From Podarcis bocagei (Eukaryota), in the NCBI GenBank assembly GCA_964188305.1, contig OZ076893.1: a stretch of DNA of 64,000 nt. One strand, written 5' to 3'. A program made the translations under genes and the position numbers. The notes under the pieces were generated by a model. It was not told where the DNA came from, searched no databases, and saw nothing but the letters and a program-made list of their open reading frames with translations. Shown one piece after another: positions 1 to 10,263 of this stretch. Positions within the stretch are counted from its first letter, which is position 1. Each line of letters opens with the position of its first letter.

Positions 1-1954
1 ATAATGATGACGCATGCTCTCAATGGCACTTGAATTTATTTCCCCTTGCTATTTGGTACATGTGTGCAGGCATAAAACTTTGTTGTAGCTGGCGGCATGG
101 GGTAAAAACTCTGTAGCTCTATCAGCTCCAAAAGTCACCAGCTGCCAGTGTTTGTTGCACATTTTTGTGAGTCAGCATTGCTTGCTCTCTCATGCGTACA
201 GAAGTACAGTTTCTTCTAGAGCATCAAATTAAACCTGATGTTAAAAAATCTTCCCTGTCACATAATTTCCAATGCTCACTGGATATCATTTCTCTAGCCA
301 TCAGTGAGGTGACTCAGTCAGTCATTTATTTTGTAACTTGTAACTGACTATGGTTTATGGATTCATTTAAGTTGCATAGACATCACATATTTTTGGAAGC
401 TAAGTAGTTCTTGTTTTAACTAAATCATTCAAAATGCTACAAGCACTGCGAATCTCCTCCAAGAGCTAGACGTTCATTTATCATATTAGCTGCTGAGTAA
501 ATCTGACATTAAATACACTGCTGGACAAATGACTTGCAAGATTTAACATGAGGTAGTTATTGCCTCATAAATTACTCATTGGCAGCATCAATTACTTAGA
601 ATTCTAAAATGCAGGTCAGATATATGATACGGCAGCTTATTTCACTGATCAAAGCACTGATGGCTCATGAGTAGCAAAGCCATATGTGAGTTATTTCTGC
701 AATAACCCACCTCAGCTCCTAGAATGGGACACCCAGTTGGATACTTAATAGTCTGTTGGAGACAATAGGCCCTGGTAAATCCAACCATTACCTTTAAGTT
801 GATCATTAATATTATAGACAATAATTTATAACAGCAATAGATAATTCTAAAAAGTGCAAGGCTGTCTAGACACTGTGATAAGATGTAAAATAACTTTTTG
901 GTTCTGGGAATTAACTGTGGCCAGGATCCAAAGAACCATGAAACTAGATTCATAAACTAGGGTCCATTTACAGCTTTCTTTAAAACAAGGGGGGAAAGCA
1001 GACCCCTATTTGTTGCACGGAATACTGTTTCTGAAACGGAGAAGTCTTTCTGAAACAGTCTATGAGCAGGGGCTCAGCTTGGAAAGGGAAGAATATTAAA
1101 AGGTTTTGTATCCAGAAGCCCCTTGCAGAAGCCTAAGTAGATATTTGTTTAAAATTTTTTTGGCTGTGATACAGTTTGGGAGATGAAGGCGCCACCTTGT
1201 TATTGAAAAAGGTGCATGTTGCTTATGTGTTCTACTTTCAGCTGAAAATGTTAGACAAGCAGGTGTTTGGGTTCACCTCCTGTCAGATGCTTTCAGGATG
1301 CTTTGGGAATCACAACCACCACCTTTCACTGTGTCTATGGAGAAGAATACAGGAAGATTCCACTCACTGCATTGCTGTTAATATCTTTGCAGGCCTGGCC
1401 AGGCTAGGAAGAACCGTAATAAAACTGGCAGATTTCTTCCTCTTCTCAGCAGGGGCTGGGTTAAGCAGCTCCTACCACGCCTCCACTTAAAACCACAGTG
1501 TCCTGAGCTGCTTTTCATTAAAATTTGCGTAGTATGTATACTTTGTGTTTTCTTTTTAATCAGTTTCTCAATTAATGGATTAATTATAGTCAGTAAAGCT
1601 GAAAAAATGATGTTTAAACTCTGTGCTTTTATTTTATTTTATTTTGAAATCAGCGTAATTATGGTACCTATAGTTTAAGAATACTAACAGTTACAGTATC
1701 CATTATCAAATTACACTGCCACTCATTTGTAATCCTTAGAGATGAAATTTTATTAATAAGTGTTGCCTTAGTGTTATAGTTGTTTTTACCAGTTGAAACA
1801 ATGGTCTAATACATTTGTCTTTCTCCATTGGGACTGCAGTGCTAAGCATAATTGATGGGAAGGAAGTTCCATTATTCTAACTGCTCACTTCTGAATAAAC
1901 CTGTATGAGGATCAGGATGAAATACAGCAGCCATTCCAATAAGTTGCTGCTTCA

Positions 1955-2142
1955 ACTATTAGGCCTGGGAGACCAGGGTTCAAATTCCCATTCAGCTACG
2001 AAGCTCACTGTCTGACCTCAGGCAAGTAACTCTTGGCCTAACCTATTTCATAGGGTTGTTGTGGGGATTAAATGAGGAGAGGAAGAACCAGGTATGCTAC
2101 ATTTGAGCTCCTTGGAGAAAAAGGTGGGCTATAATGCAAATA
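1955..2142 (+). mobile_element. MIR-like/Squam3-type CORE SINE
   Basis: ccagggttcaaattccc B-box, tgacctcaggcaagt CORE, gggttgttgtggggattaaatgag. Confidence 0.75.
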
Positions 2143-2646
2143 ACAACCACCACAAGGGGATTATAATCACTTAGATTTGATCCTGCGCCAATCAGGCCTA
2201 CGTCTTCATGTTGCTCTCTGTGTGTGAAGTATTAATGAAAGCATACAAACAAGCCCTTTAAGGTGACTGTTCTCCATAAGTGGAACTCCCTGTCCCATGT
2301 GTTCCAAAAGAATCGAAACATCTTCTGGGAGCAATGCTTAGCCTTTTCAATTTGATGTGAGTGAGCAGTACTCTCCATCCTGTATTATATAGAGATAGGT
2401 TTTTTCTCTCAGACAAGCAATGGCTGGTTAAAATCATCTGAAGTAATTTGTGCCCATTAAGACTGTATTAGCACAGGAGTACTTAAGTCCACAGATATGG
2501 AATATATTGGATAATTTATAGTCTGTAACAAAAACATGCAATGTTTTTCATCTTAAACACTGCCAGGATTGGGCGCGGGGGGGGGGGGGAGATTCATGCA
2601 TGCAAATATAAATGCAGAAATCTGGTAAAAAATAAATAAAACTCAC

Positions 2647-2827
2647 CGCTGGTAGAAGCATCGCTGAGATTTAGCAAACCTCCTCCTAACCCTCTGTAAC
2701 TATGGTAACTGTAGGTCCCATTTCCATTTATGTACAACACCTCCTGTGTGCTGGAAACAGCTGATGTTGAGTAAGTGACCTGGGTTGGTTCCTGTTTATA
2801 TGGTTTGTCAGCTGGAGCAGTCTCATC
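2647..2827 (-). CDS. NOL4: NOL4 internal coding exon (~human exon 10), 181 nt: DETAPADKPYKQEPTQVTYSTSAVSSTQEVLYINGNGTYSYHSYRGLGGGLLNLSDASTS(G)
   Basis: Inside ORF 2594..2860(-); acceptor ttcttgcag, donor G|gtgagt; VLYINGNGTYSYHSYRGLGGGLLNL matches NOL4. The terminal exon was not found in 1-2646, so it probably lies left of the window. Confidence 0.96.
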
Positions 2828-4487
2828 CTGCAAGAACAATGGTTCAGCGGACAGTGTCAAATCACTGCTGCATTTTTCTCCTTGAATGAAGAAGACATTG
2901 TATTGTTATTCAATAGACTTTCCTTGCACTACTTTGAAAACAGGTTAAAGGAAATGTGAAACAAGCACATACAAGTTTTTTAATTGACACTTTTATCTGT
3001 CGGAAAGAAAACATGAGAACTCTGGCAGGTTATAGATGTCTTGTAGCAGAAATTGTCATTTACGGCTGTAGCTACAGTATAGTCAGCTCTATTCAGCCTA
3101 TCAATGCCCACAATCTTTGCTCTAAAAAGCAACATTAGAGAATCTCTGGCTTGTGGGCCTAATGGAACCCAGCAGGATTCCTAATTTGGCCTGCAAGGCT
3201 GTTTCCATAAACCCCACCTGCCTGCCCTGAACCTGATAAGTCATATGATATGGCTCTATGTTGAAAGTGGGCTTTGCAGACATTGACCAGTGACACTTGC
3301 AAAGTCCTGTACCTTTGCCCATGTGGTTTGATTTCAAACTGAACAGGCAAAGGAAGGTTTGAAGGCATCACCAATCAGCTGATTGTTGGTGCCTGCAAAG
3401 CACTGTGCATTTGTCCGTGCAAACTGATTTTAAAACCACATAGGCAAAGGAAAATGCTTCACCTGGTGATGTCAGGTGGCTGACATGGGGTAGAGTCACC
3501 CCTGCCCCCCGCCCCATTAAATTGGCATGTAGGAATAATTCTGGGGAGGTCAGAATTCAGCCCACCAATCCAGTTCCCCACTCCTGTGTTTTGTGTCATG
3601 GGAAACTCAGCTCTAAATGCAGATATAAGTGGCAGGCAAAGAAAATATATATATTATATTATTTTTTTGCTGGAAGAATCAATTGAGATTCTTTCAAAAA
3701 GCAAAAATTACTTTGGCAGCTAGAAAGTTCATCCCCATGGGTGCTAGGAAGTGGCAGAAAATAACGGTAGGAAAGTCATCATAGAATCATGGGTCTGTAA
3801 GGAACATGAAATGATCTGGCCCTCATGCCCTGTGACACACCAATTTGCTATCAGGGTTCATTGAATTTGTGAAGAGACTATGTGGGCTGGATCACACCTC
3901 CTTGCCCCCCACATTCAGCTGTATGTTTTCTGTGCCTGACGAAGGGCAAGAATTCCCATCTCACTAAGGGCAATTCTCTGCATTCTCCTACTCCCTCTTC
4001 CACGTGTTCATTGAATGTGGAAAGGCTCTTTCTAACGCCCGTAGAGATGGACCTCATGGTTCCGTATGTTATAAACATAAAGCTGGAGTGTATAAAATCC
4101 ACCATGTCTTGAAAGCTTTGCACTTTAAGACTTCTTAAGGAGTGTATCTTCCTGTATAAACCCACTCACCAGTTGGTCTTGTTAGCAGGCCTTACTGTCT
4201 GTGACAGCTTGGAGGCAGTTTTGGACAGTAGTAGCTCAAAATTGGTCTCTTTCAGCAACCACCCTATATTTTTCTCTTCCCTAAGGAGGTGGGTAACCAA
4301 CCTCTGGTGGTTTTTTGAAAGTGGAGTAAAGGCTTCTGACAAGTTTTGGTAAACAATAATGCCATCAGTATTGTTTTCTATGGTGGGTTATAGTCTGATA
4401 TTGTTGCATTACAGTTGCATTCCATTGGCAGGTACCCTTGTTGGTGGTGCCACTACTGGGGGCTGCCTGGTTGGCACTGTCCTGTGA

Positions 4488-4620
4488 CAGGGCCTTTTCA
4501 GTGGTGTCTCCCTAGTTGTATAATGCCCTCCCTAGTGAGGTGCACCTGTCTCTATCATTATTAGCTTTCAGGAGGATTTAGAAAGCATTCCTGTTTACCC
4601 AGATATTTGGTTGCTGAAGT
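4488..4620 (+). mobile_element. L2 3' fragment
   Basis: agggccttttcagtggtg..tataatgccctccc (RAFS..P..WNALP-like). Confidence 0.6.
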
Positions 4621-5130
4621 ATTGTTTTTGGCAACTCTGAGATCACTGCATGTGCTAAATTATACAGTAGTAATAATATGCTCCCTTTTTCATATTTTTA
4701 CAGTAATCAGCAAACAATGCAACTTACATAAGTATTATTTTTATTGAGATTTGGGTTCCCTGTAAGGGGAAGGCTGGTGCCATCTGTTTCTGCTTCCTGA
4801 ACTAAGACTATGCAGGCAACACATACCAACTATCATTGCCATCATTCAAATTTCTCTTCATACATATATGCATATTTTTACTTTGTTAAAAGGAACTATT
4901 TCCTCCCTCATGAAAACAGCATAACACCACACAAGAGAACAGCTCCTAATGGCATAACAGCTACACTGATTTCCAGATGTGACCTGAGGCTTTTTTTGAA
5001 TTTACAGTTTGATATTTTTAATACACAGGGATGCGAATCTATTATCTCCATAGCAAAATTCCAATATGCTTACAACGACACCATCCTTTGTAAGTTCACC
5101 ATTCTGACTGTCAGCTGATCATAATAAATT

Positions 5131-5200
5131 AGAATCATAGAATCATAGAGTTGGAATAGACCACAAGGGCCATCGAGTCCAACCCCCTGCCAAGCAGGAA
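5131..5200 (-). mobile_element. CR1-type 3' terminus
   Basis: (agaatcat)2..gagttggaa..gtccaaccccctg is the reverse complement of the CR1 (attctatg)n tail. Confidence 0.7.
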
Positions 5201-6766
5201 TTATGCACTTGCATGTGTTCGTGTGAATGTGCATTTGTGGATCAACACACCTGCCTGTATTTTTGGACTTTCATTGGGAGCATGGCTATGAACTCTCCTT
5301 GCACATATGGCTATGGGGCTGTCATTAGGAGCTCCTGCACTTAAAAAACTACCACTAAACCACAGGGAGTCATAGAAATGTGGAATAGACAAAATGCACC
5401 ATCAAGTCCAACTTCCTGCCTAAACCTAACCTTATCAAAGATCACTTACCCTATTTTTTTATATCCTTGAATATGTGGCAGGAAGGATATGTGGTAACAT
5501 TTAAGCGGTCTTCCATCAATTCTCTGGCCACAGTGAGTGCATACACCATCCTAAGCTAATTGCATCAATAACAGTCTAACCTGCTCTAAAAGATCTAAAG
5601 TAATTTATTACATAGTTTAATTTTGAATCTGTTCTATTAACAGCTGAATGAAATCTTTTAGATTCCATTTTAGATTCCAGAATAGACTCCCCACTCAATA
5701 TCATTAGAGGAAGTGCGGTGTATTGTTTTGGAAAGTCAAAAAAGAGACACTGTATTTAGGAATTCTAAAGAAAGCACATCAGGTGCAAGAATTGAACTGG
5801 AAGGATGCATTTTTCATGTAGGTGGGAATGCATATCCTCTTCCAGTTCCATCAAGTATTGCATGTTACTAGCTGTGTATAACTGGGACAGGATTGGGGGT
5901 ATTCTGTTTAGTGTTTCAGTCTCATTGGACGGGGTCATTTTTTTGCACATAAACTAGTAAAAATATCTTGACACAATCTTGTGTTTTTCATTAGTTTTAA
6001 TTCTTCTGGGCTTGACCTAGTTTAAATTTTATGAGCAATAAACTTGAAAGCTCAAATTACGGAATAGTGTTTTGGCATATCATAGTGCCCAAGAATTCCT
6101 TTCAATTTCAATAAGGTTATAGAGTTGATGTGATCAGTAGAGATGGAAATTTTTATCTCTAAACAGGGACTAGATGCTGTTTGGCTCTTGTTTTGGTTCA
6201 TTAAACCCCATTAACACTAAGTGTTCTGAGATCATTATCTGCTCCCAGAATAAAAATGCATTAACCCCACAGTATCATGAGGCAGCTAAACTGAATAACT
6301 CAGTATATTTTGACCCATGTAAAATCTGCCCCACCCCACCCCACCCCCTCTTTTTTTCGAGGAGCCAACATAAATTGAGTTTTCCAGGCAAAATCATACT
6401 TGTTCTGGTTGCAGGGCAAACTTTATCTCAGGCAATCAGCCCACTTGTACTCATAAGTCTGGAGGTCTAGTGGTTTTCTCTTCTCATTTTCTATCAAACT
6501 AGAAGTAGGTAGGGGTGTGCCATAGTCCTGGCCTCATGGCAGCATACCAGGTCCCCTGCAAAGGTGTGTCTGCACCATCCCAGTACATGATAGCAATGCT
6601 TATGCTGGGAGGCCAGGCCTAGAGTGACACCCCTCCTCACTGGCTGCTGCTATATCAAGCATACCAAGATTTACTAAGGCATCTTCAAACAGGCGTTATA
6701 CTGTGTTGTAATGGCACCCTGATTGTGTGACAGCACCCTCAAGCCAACCCCCCCCATTAGAATAAA

Positions 6767-6996
6767 GATTCCGTTCTGGAGCCCTGTTTGCATCCTGAAG
6801 CGAACGCAACCCGCGTCTGCGCATCTGCGCGTGTCACGATTCGCCGCTTCTGTGCATGCGCATGATGTCATTTTGAGCATCTACGCATGTGCGAGTAGCG
6901 AAACCCGGAACTAACGCTTTCTGTTACTTCCGGGTCACCATGGAGCGTAACCTGAAAACATTCAACCCGAAGCTACTTCAACCCGAGGTATGACTG
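6767..6996. mobile_element. Tigger-like MITE, one end missing
   Basis: Ends aacccgaggtatgactg+TA; CpG-rich gcgcatgcgc interior. Confidence 0.7.
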
Positions 6997-7817
6997 TACA
7001 TTACTTCTCATGTTACTGAAGAAGGCCATATTCCTTCAGAACAGAGGGAACTGGGGAAAAATAGTCCCCCATGCTTTTGGACACGAACAGAACTCCATCA
7101 ATCACAAGACTGGGTCTAACTCATTATGAATTATGTAATTTTGAGGGGAAAGGGATTTAAGATAGAGTATTGCTGAAAATATCCTTGAACTGTTCTAAAC
7201 AGAAATAACTCTTTAGAATTACTGGATTGCTACAATTGCAAAAATACAAATGCACATTTGAGAGTTTTATTCTTAATAATGCTGTACATTATTATTGCTA
7301 TATTATAGTTGTCCACTATGTAAGTTTGTGATTAACAAAAAATATATACCTGTTTGTAAGAAAACCTCTAAGAGGTTTACAAAAATATAAAACAAAACAT
7401 TAAAATTCTTGATGAAAACAGCTAAAAACTGGTATTTATAAACATCAAAAGATGAACATTATAAAATGAACACAAATTTATCTTAATTAACAGTTCCTAT
7501 ATTTTTAAAAAAAATTTATTCTACCTTTTTATATAAAGTATGATCAGTATGAAGGCTGGAGGCAGATCTGATATAAAGAAGAGCTCACAGCATGTTCTTC
7601 AGCCATGCTACACGTTGGCATTCACGATTAAACTGACAGCTGAGCATGCCAGAAAACAAACATTTTGAAGCCCATCTGCCTTGCTACCACTTTCTGCTCT
7701 CTCTGCAGCCGCTATGGAGAACCTCTTATCTCTCCACAGAACACATTTTACAAAGTCTGTGATTATTGCTTGATCAGTCCATATGGATCATGAGACTTTC
7801 ACCCCCCACGCCCATAC

Positions 7818-7931
7818 CTGCTGTCGATCCAAGCGCATTCTTTTCGCAGCATTTCTGCTTTCGCTTTCACAGGCTGAAGCCAGGATACTCTCTGCTACTG
7901 CAGAAGTAAGGTGTGAGGGAATAGGCCGTGA
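7818..7931 (-). CDS. NOL4: NOL4 internal coding exon (~human exon 9), 114 nt: [38 protein letters not shown]
   Basis: Manual translation; long (CT)n polypyrimidine tract then ttcatag acceptor; donor CAG|gtatg; phase 0-0. Confidence 0.97.
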
Positions 7932-8547
7932 CTATGAAAGAGAGAGAGAGAGAGAGAAAGAGAAAGAAAGAAAGAAAGGGAGAAAGAGAATAATAAGAAT
8001 TACAAGGATCATCGCCAGGTCAACAACAGTGCTTACAAGCAGCACATAGACTGGAGAGTTGGTTCATTGAAATGTATTTTGTTTCAACAGAAAGTGGAAA
8101 TGGAGGTTATCAAGATGAAAAATGAAAACTAGTTAGAAACTAAAGCTGCAGTTCAGCCACTGATCCTCAACTACATCCTTCCACCAATATTGTACGTGGG
8201 TATTCGTAAGCCGGGGTAGTTAACCCCGTTTGGGTGGCCTTCCAGCCCTACTCAACAAAGTTTCCTATTTTCCCAACACCTCACTGATTTTGGCAGCAGC
8301 CAGGAAAGCAGGGAATTCAAGCAGACACAGTGCTGAGGTAGCTGCATATGGCCTTGGGGCCAAAAGAGGTTTAGCCATCCCTGCTCTTAAGGATGCATTT
8401 TGAAGAAACACTAGTATATTCCCATGACAGACAAGATCTGGTGTAATATAGTGGATATGAGACTGAGCTATGAATTTGGGAGCTCCTGGTTAAAATTTCA
8501 CCTCTGCCATGAACTCACCAGGTGGCCTTTGGTAAGTTATTCTCTCT

Positions 8548-8980
8548 CAGCGGCGTAGCGTGAGTTGTCAGCACCCGGGGCAACGCAAGTAATTTGCGCC
8601 CCCTAACCCGGGGCAAGGCACGTAATTTGCGCCCCCCCTAACCCCTAACCTGCGAGTTGCCGCTGGTGCTGCTGCCCAAACGACGCCGCTTGCCCGGAGG
8701 AGGGGGGGGCAGAGAGGCGAGGAAAATGCAACGGCCAGCAGCTGCAGCAGCAGCGACGGAGGCGGGGCTGTGAGGAGGGGCTGCCTGGCGCGTCCTCCAC
8801 GGCGAGCGCTGAGAGCTGCTGCCTGCCGGGCGCCTTCAGCCCGGGCGCCGCGAGACATGGGGCTCTGCTACAGCCTGCGCCCGAGGCTCTTCGGCGACTC
8901 CGGAGGCAGCGAGCGCGCCCCCCCCCAGATGTTGCGCCCGGTGCGGCCTGCCCCCTGGCACCCCCCACGCTACGCCACTG
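8548..8980 (+). mobile_element. Non-autonomous hAT element with captured host cargo (Pack-hAT copy 1)
   Basis: TIRs cagcggcgtagcgtg / cacgctacgccactg; 8-bp TSD ttctctct at 8540-8547 and 8981-8988; subterminal tttgcgccccctaaccc repeats; interrupts an otherwise continuous CORE-SINE. Confidence 0.93.
8651..8910 (+). pseudogene. GNAL: Transposon-captured fragment of GNAL extra-long isoform (XL-G-alpha-olf) first exon: GC-rich 5'UTR, ATG at 8857, MGLCYSLRPRLFGDSGGS
   Basis: Peptide matches the recalled human XL-Golf N-terminus MGLCYSLRPLLFGG at 12 of the first 13 residues; Kozak-like gagacATGG; very CpG-rich compared with the host intron. Recognised from memory, not searched. Confidence 0.8.
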
Positions 8981-10227
8981 TTCTCTCTTAGCCTCAGCCA
9001 CCCACCCTCTGAATTATGGGTGGCACAACTACTGACTTACCTTTCAGTCTTGTTGTAAGCATTACAGCTAGATGATGAATGTGAAGTGAACACTTGTAAG
9101 TGCTATGGAAGCACTGGGCAGGATTCACCTAACCAGCGGCAGAAGCCCTGCGTCAGGACTTCCAGTTGTGAAACAGGGCTTTCTTTTCCCCTTCTTCTTC
9201 CCTCATATGTCCCCTGAAATTGCCTTGGGATGTGTGTGTGTCATGAGAACCCACAGAGTGGTGTGCCAGGGAAGAAGAGATGGTATATTTTCATCTGGGA
9301 AGCTGGAATGCTTGCAACAGACGGAACAACTGGAAGAGCACAATGCTGAATTTGGCCCATTACAGGAACATGCCTGATTTGAGTCTTATTTCATAATCAT
9401 ATTGGAATTGAAGAGCATGCTGTCCTTTTTACTTGAATGCATATCAAAGCATTCTCACATATTCTTTGTATGTATTTTACCTGGAGAGTTGTAATGATGA
9501 CAGCCTTAGTGTTTAAGCAGTATGTAATGTTTATTCACCTACTTGACTGTGAATTTCCCCATCTTCAAAAGAATTAACACCCCCCCAAAGAAAAAAAAAT
9601 AAGGGTGTGCATTAGTACTAGTCATCTTTATTATCATTCCACTATTGACTTGACTGATATACTTGACTGATAATCTACCTAGCATGCTTTTACTTCTAAA
9701 AATGATCTATACAATCTACACATTCTCTGTTGTTTTATTTATTTATTTAAAGTGTACTGTTTGATTTTTGCTCAATTAGCAACCCTGCAAACATAAACCT
9801 ATGCTGAACATACAGGACATAAATTAAGTAAAGAAATACAAACTCAGAATAAATAGTCTTAGATAAATACTCTTTTTTGTTTGTTTATTCGTGCAATTAT
9901 ATTTGGTTTGACAACACTTATATTTTGTACTATTGATCTTCAGTCACCCCTAAGCCATCCAGTGAAATACTCAATGTAGACCCATTGCCTCACAAATGAC
10001 ACTGTCTTATATCTGCTACTTGCATTTCACAAAAGAGTCAGTTTTCACATTAAAATGTAAATAACTGATCCAAAGGGCACTGAAATGTGTCTGAACCATT
10101 CAATTCACTTAAGTAGTGTTTAAATTATCTGTTGGACATAAATGATGGTAAATCAATAATCAAAATTACACTTAACTATTGAACATGATGTAGAAATAAG
10201 ATCTTGTTTAAATAAAATAATAAATAA

Positions 10228-10263
<36 letters not shown>
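10228..10263 (+). repeat. (TAG)n microsatellite
   Basis: Direct reading. Confidence 0.95.

Larger units (their letters stand above)
8438..9105 (+). mobile_element. Old CORE (MIR-like) SINE split by the Pack-hAT insertion
   Basis: ggtgtaatatagtgg..ctggttaaaattt..ggcctttggtaagttattctctct | tagcctcagc..ttgttgtaagcattac continues across the insertion. Confidence 0.65.

Noticed and set aside
8600-8650. Interstitial telomeric repeat
   Set aside because: Only isolated CCCTAA hexamers embedded in transposon subterminal repeats, not a (TTAGGG)n array.
8568-9001. Overlapping GC-rich minus-strand ORFs 8568..8858 and 8645..9001
   Set aside because: By-products of high GC within the hAT element; only the + strand ATG at 8857 matches a known protein start.
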